NCBI GenBank assembly: GCA_963803145.1
Contig: CAWDLW010000020.1
Span: forward strand, 64,001-128,000
From: Methanotrichaceae archaeon
GTDB lineage: Archaea; Halobacteriota; Methanosarcinia; Methanotrichales; Methanotrichaceae
DNA length: 64,000 nt
Direction of reading: 5' to 3'
Below the pieces are notes generated by a model, which was not told the DNA's origin, made no database searches, and saw only the letters and a list, made by a program, of their open reading frames with translations. The number at the start of each line of letters is the position of its first letter. Position 1 is the stretch's first letter. Of this stretch, positions 43,147-53,708 are shown piece by piece. A program made the translations under genes and the position numbers.

Positions 43147-44535
43147 ATGGCTGAGGAAAGGTTGCTGCTGGCTAAAGCATTCTTTTTGCTTCTTATTGCC
43201 ACTGCAATTCTGAGCCTCTACACTCCAGCATCCGCAAGCAACAAGACCATTAATGCCCCTGATTTTACTGCTGTCAGTACAGACGGCAAAAACTTTTCAC
43301 TAAGCGACCTACGGGGAGAGCCAGTAGTTCTTCACATCACCAACATCGAGATACCACTTTGCAGAGAATGCGAGAAGGATCTTAAGGCCCAGGTGAAGGC
43401 ACTTGCTGATCTAAGGGCACTAGATCCAGGCATAAAAATCATCACCATCAACCTCAGAAAGAATCCTTACTCGAAGGATGGCAAATCATTGGCGGAGGGC
43501 TGGTGGAAGGTCAACATCACCTGGCCCTGGATAGAGGATATTGAGCCCTACAAGATCGGAAGCAAGTACATCGATTACTGGAATGTTCAAGGTGGTATGT
43601 CCAACCCCACGATCTTGCTGTTGGATAAGCAGGGCGGGATTGCAGGAGTCTATCATGTCTACCGCGTAGGCGGAGGAGATGTTGATGGTGTACAGAGTGC
43701 AGAAACCATTTATAAAAAGGTACAGGAGCTGAAAGGCTCTGGATGGACGGGTCTCGAAGGCGAGATCTCGCAGCAGAACGTCTCTGCTCTGGGTATGTTC
43801 ATTCTTGGAATTGTCACCTCGCTTGCACCGTGCTCAATAGCCCTTATGATTGCGGTCTTCTCCTATGTCCTGACCATGCGCCGTAAGGATGAGTACCTGC
43901 GAAAGAGCACCTCCACATCAAAAGAAGGCTTTATGATAGGCATTGCCTTTACCTTCGGCATGGCAGTGGTTTTCTTTGTGCTGGGTCTGTTTATATCCCA
44001 GGTTGGAATGTTCATCCGCGACTCCAGGGTCTTCGACTTCGTGGCAGGCACTATAATGGTTCTCCTGGGAATAAGTACCTTCAAGCCTCTGGGTGAGATT
44101 TTAGAGCCAGTGGCCTCCCGAATCAGGAGAGATCCGTCAGGCGAGACGGGAGAGGTCGGCGATAGCCTGCTTCACAAATTGATTAACGTATCCATCGGCC
44201 TTTTCAAGTATTCATCTCTCATTGGAGCCTTCACACTCGGCGTATTCTTCGCCCTGGGATGGGCGCCATGTGCTTTATCCATGGTTCTGCCTGTCTTGAT
44301 TTGGCTTGCAGCCCAGAATATCACACCACTGGGAGGAGGGATAATGCTCTTCATATTTGGCATGGGCCATGGAGTTCCTATAATTCCTATAGCTACCTTT
44401 TCAAGGGCAGTCGGCGGCAGGATCGGAGATCAGTACATATCAGTGGGAAAATGGACCACTAAATTTTTCGGGCTGCTAGTAATAATAGTAGGAGTAGTAT
44501 ATGCGGCGAGGTACTTCGGATATGTGCTGTGGTAA
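43147..44535 (+). CDS. TlpA/redoxin domain fused to CcdA/DsbD membrane domain
   Basis: APDFT..FSLSDLRGEPVVL, CREC; membrane part with LAPCS and GWAPC. Confidence 0.9.
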   Translation: MAEERLLLAKAFFLLLIATAILSLYTPASASNKTINAPDFTAVSTDGKNFSLSDLRGEPVVLHITNIEIPLCRECEKDLKAQVKALADLRALDPGIKIITINLRKNPYSKDGKSLAEGWWKVNITWPWIEDIEPYKIGSKYIDYWNVQGGMSNPTILLLDKQGGIAGVYHVYRVGGGDVDGVQSAETIYKKVQELKGSGWTGLEGEISQQNVSALGMFILGIVTSLAPCSIALMIAVFSYVLTMRRKDEYLRKSTSTSKEGFMIGIAFTFGMAVVFFVLGLFISQVGMFIRDSRVFDFVAGTIMVLLGISTFKPLGEILEPVASRIRRDPSGETGEVGDSLLHKLINVSIGLFKYSSLIGAFTLGVFFALGWAPCALSMVLPVLIWLAAQNITPLGGGIMLFIFGMGHGVPIIPIATFSRAVGGRIGDQYISVGKWTTKFFGLLVIIVGVVYAARYFGYVLW

Positions 44536-44601
44536 TGTCAATTTCAAGCGCAATTTGGAGTTCGGTTTATTACAGTTTATTCCCATTTTGTATCGGGTTA
44601 G

Positions 44602-44844
44602 GTGGTACATATTAAGATAGAAATCCTTGGAACGAGTTGTGCCAAATGCAAGAGCCTAGCAAGGAATGTGGAAAAAGCGGTTTCTGAGACAGGCATTCAG
44701 GCAGAGGTAATCAAGGTGGACAGCATCCAAGAGATCATGAGCAGAGGAATCATGATGATCCCTGCCCTGATTATTGATGGAGAAACAAAATCCATCGGCA
44801 AGGCACTCAGCGTTGAGGAAATCAAAAAGCTCCTAAAGCAATAA
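44602..44844 (+). CDS. Small thioredoxin-family redox-active disulfide protein (MTH895-like)
   Basis: IEILGTSCAKC..PALIIDG. Confidence 0.9.
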   Translation: MVHIKIEILGTSCAKCKSLARNVEKAVSETGIQAEVIKVDSIQEIMSRGIMMIPALIIDGETKSIGKALSVEEIKKLLKQ

Positions 44845-44859
44845 ACTTATTCTGGATAA

Positions 44860-45357
44860 TCAAGACTTCAAAAGCCCTTCAAGCCTGGAAAGTATCTTTG
44901 TTCTCTGTATCTCCTTGAGACAGCGCCTATGGATCTCCTTCGCATGCTTATCGTTGACCTCAAGTATCTTATTTGCATCTACATTCGTCAAAGTTGATGT
45001 CAAAAAAAGCGATAGCTCCCAGTTGACGACATCGTTTATGAACTGAAAGTACCAGTATAATGACAGCAGATCCTTGAGAACATCATCAGGCATCTGGCGA
45101 TAAAGTCCCTTTATCTTTAGAAGATCCAAGCCAGATGTGTTCACCCTCATTAGCCCAATGTGGGTTCCTGCATTGAGCGAGAGCATATTATCCTTGATCT
45201 CCTGATATACGACCGCGATAGCGTTTTTAAAATCCTGCCTGGATTTCCTATACTCTCGCGCATCAATAAGGGAATGGGTCATAAAAACGCCTAGCAATGT
45301 TGCTGCCACGCCTATCAATATAAATGCCAGCTCTCCAAAGGAAATATCAACTGCCAT
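44860..45357 (-). CDS. Hypothetical membrane-anchored protein
   Basis: N-terminal hydrophobic helix then helical domain. Confidence 0.7.
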   Translation of the reverse strand: MAVDISFGELAFILIGVAATLLGVFMTHSLIDAREYRKSRQDFKNAIAVVYQEIKDNMLSLNAGTHIGLMRVNTSGLDLLKIKGLYRQMPDDVLKDLLSLYWYFQFINDVVNWELSLFLTSTLTNVDANKILEVNDKHAKEIHRRCLKEIQRTKILSRLEGLLKS

Positions 45358-45630
45358 CGCATCTGCTCCGGAGCGTTGCTTACAAGGTATATGCGGATGT
45401 TTTATTTTGGCTTTGCAGATCTAGAACAGACTGGGGCAATCCCACCAAATCCGGTTGGGTCAGTCAGCCTGAAGTTGATCTGCACCTCGAAGCTACATCA
45501 TTCTCTATTCTATAAGTGTTCTAATCCTTTTTATAAGTGATGTTCGAGATTACATATGCTGTGATTATGCTGCTGCCATATCAGTCTCAATTCCTAGTTA
45601 CCTTATTCAATTCCTCAGCGTATTCATCCA

Positions 45631-46989
45631 TTAGCGCATATATTTATAATGCCTGTATCCCTGTTCATCAATATTTACAAGCGCGAATTCATCCGATGGT
45701 TGTATTATGCTCTTCTCCATTCTGCCTTGATGAAGCGTTTCATACTCCTCAAGACTGATGGCTCTTCTTTCCGTGAGGATCTTCCAAACGTTTCTCAAAG
45801 GGAGCGTGACAATCTCAGGCTGAATTATCCCAGAGAAGACAGTGGCTGAACAGCCGCTCCCATATGAACCAAAGCAGATGCGTTCTCCTGGATGAAGATT
45901 CTGCCCCTCGGCAAGGCTTGCAAGCCCAAGGTAAATTGATCCCGTATAGATATTTCCCACCTGCCTGGATATCTGCGCTGATTCTTTTACCTTGGCATTA
46001 TATGCTCCCTGAAACATGCTAGTCTTCGAAAACTTCTTCTCGTAATTTGCAGCAGCTACGGAATAATCTTTTGGGTCTGCAAAATCCTCGAGTGCCGGCT
46101 CATTTCCTATCTCTTCCTCAATCTCATGCCATCGGGACAGATTTCTCCACTCACGCCTGAAGATGGCAGCAGCCGCATATTCCACCATTCTTGGGTAGGG
46201 GATGTGGAAGAGCAGGTGCTCGATATGGTCTGTCGCGCATTCATCCTCGGCTATATCTATAATCCCGCGCTGCTGTGCCTTTTTCACATAGGCAGCAAAG
46301 GCACTCTCCATTGCATTCAGATAGCAATCGTTGCTGTGTTTGCCGTTTACAACAGCGGTCTGCAGTCCAAGCGGCCTGAAGAAATCGTTCTCATCTCTGG
46401 TGAACACACCGAAGCTGCCCTCCAGGGCAACCAGGCGAGGATTTTTCTTAATAAGCAGCGAAACTGAGCCTGCGCCCTGGGTATACTCTCCTGACGAGCG
46501 GAGCTGATATCTGGCTATATCTGAGGTGACGACAACGCCCACCAGTCCATCATCTTCTACAGAAGACCAATAAAATAGATTCTCCAGAGCATGGGTCGTG
46601 CCTATGCAGGCGGATTTGAACTCGACAGTAGAGCACTCCTCAAATGAGCCCTGTCCATAGACCATCTCAAGCATGCCTATGACATAAGTTCCTATAGCCT
46701 TGGCTTCGTCCACGCCCGATTCAGTGCCAATATAGATCTTGCCAATATCGCCAGGATCGAGATCATTTCTGCGCATAAGGCCAAGCAGGGACATGGCAGC
46801 CATTGTCGCTGCATCCTCATGTTTATCCGGGATAGCCATACGTTCTATCCCTATTCCTTTTGTGAGCTTCCCTGGATCGATGCCCCTCGAGGCTGCAAAC
46901 TCTCCTGTTGTTGATATGAAAAGTTTAGGCACATAAACTGAAAGGTCGTCTATGCCCACTGGGTACCTGAGGCGCGTACTTATCATCAC
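45631..46989 (-). CDS. Hydroxymethylglutaryl-CoA synthase (long haloarchaeal/bacterial MvaS-like type)
   Basis: GTESGVDEAK, KSACIG (catalytic Cys), EYTQGAG, DFFRP, FHIPY, GNIYTGS, SYGSG. Confidence 0.92.
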   Translation of the reverse strand: MMISTRLRYPVGIDDLSVYVPKLFISTTGEFAASRGIDPGKLTKGIGIERMAIPDKHEDAATMAAMSLLGLMRRNDLDPGDIGKIYIGTESGVDEAKAIGTYVIGMLEMVYGQGSFEECSTVEFKSACIGTTHALENLFYWSSVEDDGLVGVVVTSDIARYQLRSSGEYTQGAGSVSLLIKKNPRLVALEGSFGVFTRDENDFFRPLGLQTAVVNGKHSNDCYLNAMESAFAAYVKKAQQRGIIDIAEDECATDHIEHLLFHIPYPRMVEYAAAAIFRREWRNLSRWHEIEEEIGNEPALEDFADPKDYSVAAANYEKKFSKTSMFQGAYNAKVKESAQISRQVGNIYTGSIYLGLASLAEGQNLHPGERICFGSYGSGCSATVFSGIIQPEIVTLPLRNVWKILTERRAISLEEYETLHQGRMEKSIIQPSDEFALVNIDEQGYRHYKYMR

Positions 46990-47138
46990 TATTATCTCCT
47001 ATCTCCTGCTCTTATTCCCAGCTCTTTCCGATCAAGTATCCGAGAGCTGCACATATTGTTTTATAGTTTTTGCTGTCTTTCCCGGGCATTAACTAGATAA
47101 ATTATATTAATTAGAAGAACTAATATGATCATAACTTT

Positions 47139-47375
47139 ATGAGGCAGGTGAGAATGATGGATGGAAGTGTCTATAAGGTAATAGTACTGGTTGGGACTTC
47201 TCCGAAGAGCTGGGAAGAGGCAGTCCAGAATGTGGTTGCAACCGCAACTAAGAGTCTAAGAGATATGAGGATTGCTGAGGTAAAGGAGCTGGATGTAAGA
47301 TTGGAGAACGGCAAGATTGTAGAGTACAGGGCTAAAGTGAAGCTATCGTTCAAATACGAAATGGAACAAGATTGA
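47139..47375 (+). CDS. Dodecin (flavin-binding)
   Basis: SVYKVIVLVGTSPKSWEEAV..EYRAKVKLSFKYE; start probably 47154/47157. Confidence 0.93.
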   Translation: MRQVRMMDGSVYKVIVLVGTSPKSWEEAVQNVVATATKSLRDMRIAEVKELDVRLENGKIVEYRAKVKLSFKYEMEQD

Positions 47376-47478
47376 TTTAATTATTTTTCAATGATATATC
47401 CAAAGGTAAGAATCTCTACCCTGGACGATATTTTTACGCCTTTGAGTCTCTGTAGTGAGGGCAAACAGCGCTAAACTA

Positions 47479-48561
47479 TAGTTAATCATTGAGCTTATTG
47501 CCCTATAGATACATTTAATAATTAATGCGTGAAAATACATAGGCATGGGTAGAAAACCTATAATAATTAGGCATATATCAAAGATAGACCTTGATAAATT
47601 ATATAAAAAAGAGACTGATCTAAGGATTAAGGAACGGTTATTGGCAATAATACATTTATATGAAGGGAAAAACGTATATGAGGTAGCTGATATTTTAAAA
47701 AGGGGCGAGAGGACAATAAAATATTGGTTAAGCAGATGGAATAATCAAGGCTATAATGGATTGACACCAAAGAATAGAAATGGCAAAAAGCCAAAGATGT
47801 CTCTTGATGAATGGGATAGAGTTATTAAAGAAATTGAAGACAAAGGAATGACGATAAAAGACGTATTAAAATATGTAAGGGATACAAGAGGTATAGATTT
47901 TTCATATAAATATGGCTGGCGAATTTTAAGAGTAGTGAAAAAAGTTAAGTATGGGAAACCATACATCAGAAATGAAAAGAGGCCTGCAGATGCAGAAAGT
48001 TTTTTAAAAAAGGATAAAATCAGTGCTGACCACTGTTACTGATCCTGTTATAGGATTTCTTGATGAAAGCTCTTTACAACAGCGCCCTAATACACGTAGA
48101 GTCTTAAACACTCATTTAATAAATTATAAACCTGGAAAGGTTAGATCAAGAACTATTTTTGGATTTATAGCATTAAATGGCAATGATGAGGTTATGGTTT
48201 CCAACTCCTCTAAGAAGGAAGCGTTGATGGCATTTGCTCAAAATATAAGAAATAATAATATTATGAGGCCAATTTGTATACTTTTAGATAATGCTAGAAT
48301 TCATTTGGCCAAGAAATTTAGAAAACTAGCTGAGGAAATCGATATTCACTTAATTTATAATATCCCCTATTCACCAGATTTGAATCCTATAGAATTCGGT
48401 TGGAAGGATTTCAAAAGAGAGATCGCCAAATACACTGATTTCGATGAAGCTATTATAGCTAGCCAAGATTGCGCTTTAGAAATATTTTATTCCAAAAAGG
48501 ATGGATATTCAAAGTCCTGGGTGGAGCGATTTCTTAGTGCAAAAAGCTAGGAGATTAACTA
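47479..48561 (+). mobile_element. IS630-family insertion sequence
   Basis: Imperfect TIRs beginning TAGTTAATC, flanked by duplicated TA (47477-78, 48562-63); AT-rich; two-ORF transposase. Confidence 0.92.
47545..48550 (+). CDS. IS630 transposase split in two frames (47545-48042 HTH; 48023-48550 DDE)
   Basis: FLDES, LDNARIH, PYSPDLNPIE motifs; T6A6 run at 48000-48011 at the frame junction. Confidence 0.9.
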
Positions 48562-48659
48562 TAAATGCGCATAAGACATGAAGAACTTTTTTTGAGGTTC
48601 TGAGATTTCTTCGCTATCCTCGTTATATATCTTCAAATACAAAAGGAAACTGATCAAGC

Positions 48660-49466
48660 CTAAAACGTCGAGCAATTGCCTTCGTTAGTAAGCTTGATCT
48701 CAAATAGGCTCGGCCAGAGCTTTCCAGTAACAAACAGCCGGTCGCCAGTGGAATCATAGGCTATGCCGTTGAGAACATCCGTATTTTCGCGTACCTTCTC
48801 GCTTAACAATCCCTGCAGGTCGACCCAGGCTTTGACCTCGCCATTTCCTGGTGAGATGATTGCGATTTTATCTGTAAGCCAGACGTTGGCATAAACCATG
48901 CCCTTGATGTACTCCAGCTCATTCAAATCATTTACCGGCTTGCCGTTATCCGTTACTTTTATCTGTCCAACTACATTGAAGGTTCCAGGATCAAGGAAGT
49001 AAAGGGTATCTGTGCCATCGCTCATTATCAGGTGCTTGCCGTCTGTTGTGAGTCCCCAGCCTTCTGTATTATACGTAAAGCTATCTACAAGGCTCAGATT
49101 ATCCTTATCGTACACTAAGCCTGTGCCCGACTGCCATGTGAGCTGAATAATATGGTCGTTCCGCACAGTGATCCCTTCACCGAAGAACGAATCAGGAAGA
49201 CTTACCTCTTCAAGAACTTTGCCTGTCTTGATATCGACCTTACGTAATGTGGATTTGCCATCAAGGCCTGTGCTTTCGTAAAGTATGCCTTTATCATAAA
49301 CAAGGCCCTCAGTGAATGCCCCTGTATCATGAGGATAGGTGTTTATGATCTTGTAGCCGTAAGTTGGAACACAGAAATTAGATGCGTTCTCTGCCTCTGC
49401 GGTCACCGAAAGAACCACTGCAAACACTGCAGCTATCAGAAGAACCCGGAGTAATTTTCCAATCAT
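48660..49466 (-). CDS. Glutaminyl-peptide cyclotransferase (plant/bacterial beta-propeller type), secreted
   Basis: PHDTGAFTEGL, YESTG, FGEG, QLTW, EGWGL, NELE, VLNGIA, TGKLW; signal peptide. Confidence 0.93.
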   Translation of the reverse strand: MIGKLLRVLLIAAVFAVVLSVTAEAENASNFCVPTYGYKIINTYPHDTGAFTEGLVYDKGILYESTGLDGKSTLRKVDIKTGKVLEEVSLPDSFFGEGITVRNDHIIQLTWQSGTGLVYDKDNLSLVDSFTYNTEGWGLTTDGKHLIMSDGTDTLYFLDPGTFNVVGQIKVTDNGKPVNDLNELEYIKGMVYANVWLTDKIAIISPGNGEVKAWVDLQGLLSEKVRENTDVLNGIAYDSTGDRLFVTGKLWPSLFEIKLTNEGNCSTF

Positions 49467-49808
49467 TATTGTCTCTCTTATCTAGCGACCTCATGCCATA
49501 GATAGCTTTTCGTTTCTTATAGATCTCAGCCTGATCTACCAAAATTTAAGTAAAAGGGAGCCTGCCCCCAAGCTAACCCCATAGCAGCTTAACACAATCG
49601 ACCTGTTAATTTTAGGTAAAACCGACCGTGAAGTATCTGAACTAGTCGGTGTCAGGCGTGAACAATCATAAAATGGCACAAAAACCCGTTTTTTTATCGC
49701 AAAATTGAACAATTCTACGATTTCATTTATGGAATTAAGGTGATAGCAGTGCTATTTATACATTCACCGCCAATAATTATTATCAAAGTATCCATTAGAG
49801 GATTGAAT

Positions 49809-50639
49809 ATGAAGTCGTATAAATTATTTCAAGTCCTACTGGCCCTAATTTTATTGACTTGTTTATCAGGAGTCCAAGGGCAGTACAATGCATCAACCGT
49901 TGGGTATTCCGGGCAGTATAACACGCAGACAATTGGGTATTCAACCGCCGCACCAAGTTCTGCTCAGGCCACTGCTCCGTACGCTCAGTTCTACACTACG
50001 AACGCAGGACCCGCTCCCAGCAATCCTATCAGCGCACCACAACAATATAATATCTCTGGCAACATGCCTGCTACGGCATATTTTAGCAATCAGATGCAGT
50101 CGGTGCCATTTTCTCAGTATCAATCAAATCCAACATACGGAGAAAGCAACTCATTGTGGATAAAGGGTTCAACGGCTTGGTCACAGTATGCAATAGTTCC
50201 CGTAGGAGCTACCGTACAGCTTTTAGCGATCTCTCCTTCTGGTGGCGGCAGTGGGCTTTTCAATATTGTGGATTCTAATGGGCAAACTAATAGCTACAAC
50301 TACTTCTTCTACCCAAATAGCCAATTGACTTTCTATGCTGGCACTCCAGGACAGCACACTCTTACTTTCAACATCAGAGGGGTGGCAAGTAATCCTGTGG
50401 TAATAGACGTAGCGGGCACTATGACAATGACGTACAATCCGACAGTTCCGACAGGCAACTACTACCCACCGACAGGCAGTTACAACCCAACAATTTACCC
50501 TGGATACAATGGGCCATACTACGGTCCTCAGTCGGCATTAGACCTTGCAGACTTGAACAAAGCATACCAGAAACTGTATGGCGATTATTATAATGGTTTC
50601 TGGAGCTACGGCATGTATCCCTGGTTAAATGCTCCTTAG
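49809..50639 (+). CDS. Secreted Tyr/Pro/Gln-rich hypothetical protein
   Basis: MKSYKLFQVLLALILLTCLSGVQG|QYN signal peptide; LWIKG..WSQYA; Ig-like FYAGTPGQHTL. Confidence 0.82.
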   Translation: MKSYKLFQVLLALILLTCLSGVQGQYNASTVGYSGQYNTQTIGYSTAAPSSAQATAPYAQFYTTNAGPAPSNPISAPQQYNISGNMPATAYFSNQMQSVPFSQYQSNPTYGESNSLWIKGSTAWSQYAIVPVGATVQLLAISPSGGGSGLFNIVDSNGQTNSYNYFFYPNSQLTFYAGTPGQHTLTFNIRGVASNPVVIDVAGTMTMTYNPTVPTGNYYPPTGSYNPTIYPGYNGPYYGPQSALDLADLNKAYQKLYGDYYNGFWSYGMYPWLNAP

Positions 50640-50967
50640 GAATCATGAGCCTGCATCCATCGAGTGGACTGAAAAGACATCGAGAGGATACCCTGATGAA
50701 GCAGAGGATATCAAAGCTGTCATGGCTTGCAGGGCCATTATGCAGAAGGTATTGGCTAAGTTCAACGGATGGGAGGTAAACTATGAGGCAATGGATGAGA
50801 TCGAGAAAGCCTTTGCCTTCCTCCTTGGAGAGTTCAATAGCTATGGACCTTGGAGCACTTGCAACTTTTCCTTTTTTAAGGGTTTACCTAATTCCATTTT
50901 ATTCTTTTAATTTTCGTCTGTTAAGGCAACTTTGGGTATATCCGGTTTGAAGCGATTGAACGACCTA

Positions 50968-51954
50968 TTACCATGCCTTACCTTCTGTAGGCTCTGGGAA
51001 CTGCGCAGTCTTTGGCGTCTTATAGCAAGTACAATCGAATATGCCATTAGCGCTTGCATCGAAGCCCTTCTTATCATAGACTTCCATTGAGGCACAATTG
51101 CCCGATTGATCTAGATTTTGTGCAGTAGCACTTGATATTTCTCCAGTCTCAACCGCTTCATTTAGCCCCATCTCTTGTGAAGGCGTAGGCATCGTTCCGT
51201 TATCCTCGCCTGGGTTCATGATGTCGAAACTATCCGCTAGACTACCGTTATCTACAGAGTGCGCTAATGGAACGGCGCCCCAAATCCAAAGATCGTTAGG
51301 CTTAATGGTGGTGTTATGTGTGTTGTTGAGATTAGCCAAAGCCGTTTTTCCACCGACCATTCTATACGGAGCTGCAAACATCTCAGCTATGTTTCTGTAG
51401 CCCTCGGCTGGCAGATGGTGAACCTCATCGAAGATTATTAGGCCAAACCTGTTCCCGAGCTTGTCTGCATGAATGTAGGCGGAATCATAAGTGGATACTG
51501 TTAAGGCTTTTATGTCCTGCTCACCTCCGCCCAAGACACCAACATCTATTCTGAACTCTTCCTTCAGCCTGGAGCGCCACTGGTCCACAAGATCAAGAGT
51601 CGGAGCTACTATAATAGTTGGAGTATTCAGGAGAGATATGGCCTCTATTCCGATAAGTGTTTTGCCGCTTCCTGTCGGAAGCACGATTATGCCACGTTTA
51701 TCGTTGGCTACCCAAGCATCGAGAGCTTGTTTCTGGTAATCTCTCAGCTTAATATTGCTTTGGAGCTCAGGACAGAGTATAAGGTTGAGAACGTAATCAT
51801 CGCAGTCAAAGCAGGATGTCTTTAGAAAATCGATGGTATCCTTATAATTCAGGGCCATTGTCCTGAACGCTTTAGATCGCTCATCCCAGGTAGAGTTGGG
51901 AACTCGTGCATTTCCTTTAATCAGGATGGTGCCTCGTTCAAAGGTAAGCTTCAT
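50968..51954 (-). pseudogene. Truncated XPB/Rad25 helicase fused in frame to an unrelated fragment
   Basis: LRDYQ, LPTGSGKT, DEVHH present; similarity stops at AAPYRM (~51358) where motif III (GLTAT) and domain 2 are expected. Confidence 0.82.
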
Positions 51955-52292
51955 GGCCTTATGAACAAAGGGTCCGCGAGTTTAAAAGCCTTGAGAAGGC
52001 AGAGTGAATGTGAAACTAAGCATCCCAGGAAAATGCGCTCATCCTTTGATATGAATAGCAAGTTCGCGTAAATTGTGTCATTATCGGTGATCTGGTTATC
52101 AAGCGTTATTGATCATCGCCCCCCTTTATTGGAATGAATTAGTATGTTGGCTAAGAGCAGAGAAAAGGGTTGAGCACTAGTGGAAAGAGCAATCGAGGCA
52201 AAAGTGCATATTCAAAACCAGGATTTTAGTATACCGGTTTAAGTATCATCGGATTTGGAGATAATGCGTTGGATGCCTTCTGATGTATTGGT

Positions 52293-52870
52293 GTGAGACA
52301 ATTGGTCGATTCTAATGCCAGGTTGACAGTAATGATTGAATCTACGCAAGCATGGGCTCAGACCTTTGAAGAGATCAGAAAATGCCGAATTTGCGGATTG
52401 GATATAGAGACCACTGGTTTAGACCCCTTGGTATCAAGAGTCCGGATGGTTCATCTGGCGCTTCCTGATGACAGAATTTACGTAGCAGATATATTTGATT
52501 TGGGAGATAAAGCCCTGTACAATCTGAGTCCCAAGGGCGAAGGCTGAAGTTTCAGAACATGTTTGACACAATGCTCGCCTCCCAGGTATGCTGGGCAGGC
52601 GTCTATAATTTGGTGCCTTCGAAATTGCCCAAGAATCCCTGGAAGAAAAAAGTTCCTGACCATAGCCTCGAGGCCCTGGCAGAACGGCATCTTGATGTTA
52701 TTTTAGATAAAAGCCTACCGGCGTATGATTGGAATGCAAAACATATTGCCTCCGAGCAGATAGCCTATGCAGACAGGAAGTCTGAAGTACTTCTGCCCCT
52801 CCATAAAATTGTGCTTGAACGAATAAGCGCCATAAAAGATGTGTTGGGGAAAAATCGCACATGTATTTAG
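52293..52870 (+). pseudogene. 3'-5' exonuclease domain of a PolA-like protein, fragmented
   Basis: GLDIETTGLDP (ExoI), FDTMLASQV, HSLEALAERHL, EQIAYA..; split by a stop, no polymerase domain. Confidence 0.78.
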
Positions 52871-53391
52871 ATATTTTCAAGGATGATGTTGAAAGGCACC
52901 GAATTTCGTATTATATCTCCAACAGGGGATGTTCTCTGAACATGTTCAGAAAGTTCTCTAATTTTCTCTTGTGATGCGTCGCTTTTTACCTTGCAAGTTA
53001 CCTTGATGTTTTGATAACCTGGTCTAACTTTATCGGACACGCCCAAGAACCCCCTGAGATCTAAGTCGCCTTCCAATGAAATAGTTAGCGACTCCAAGTT
53101 TATTCCCCAAGCTGCGGCATTGTAAGCAAATCCGATTACCAGACATGACCCTAGGGCTGCTAGAATAGTTTCCACTGGATTGGGAACCCTATTGGTTCCG
53201 AGATACGATAATGGCTCATCACCTTCTATTAGGAACTCTCTGATTTTCGTCTTAGAGTATGCTCCGTTGACCCATTCAGTATTTGCCTTAAACTTGACTT
53301 GAGCCTTAACCGGATCTGCCTTGATATTATCAATAATTTCTATTAATTTATCGACATTTACACCGTTTTTGATAGTACTCATAGAAAACAC
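52867..53391 (-). CDS. OsmC family protein
   Basis: DEP..LGTNR.PNPVE..LAALGSC, LEGDLDLRGFLG, RTSPV. Confidence 0.9.
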   Translation of the reverse strand: MFSMSTIKNGVNVDKLIEIIDNIKADPVKAQVKFKANTEWVNGAYSKTKIREFLIEGDEPLSYLGTNRVPNPVETILAALGSCLVIGFAYNAAAWGINLESLTISLEGDLDLRGFLGVSDKVRPGYQNIKVTCKVKSDASQEKIRELSEHVQRTSPVGDIIRNSVPFNIILENI

Positions 53392-53708
53392 TCCTCCCTT
53401 AATTAGCTAAGATTTCCATAATTTATCTGTTACTAATACTAATTAAATTTTTGTAAATTCCTTAAATAGGCGTAAATAACACAGTCAAACTGCCGCGGCG
53501 TACTCCACTGCAGGCGAGGTAATACGATAAAAAAGTTGAGAAGACGCTGTTCCAAACCACGATCTGCCCTCATAGCTTGCCCGTGAGGTGCGATGGCATA
53601 CGATGATAGAAGTAGGATTGAATCCATCCAACAAGAATTATGCAAGACGAGGGATACATGTATAGGTATTGTCTTCTGTGATAGATTCTTTTTAGGAGAA
53701 GGAGGAAA

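Noticed and set aside
50629-50910. 93-aa ORF overlapping the end of the secreted gene
   Set aside because: No SD or recognisable motif; probably a gene fragment, not called
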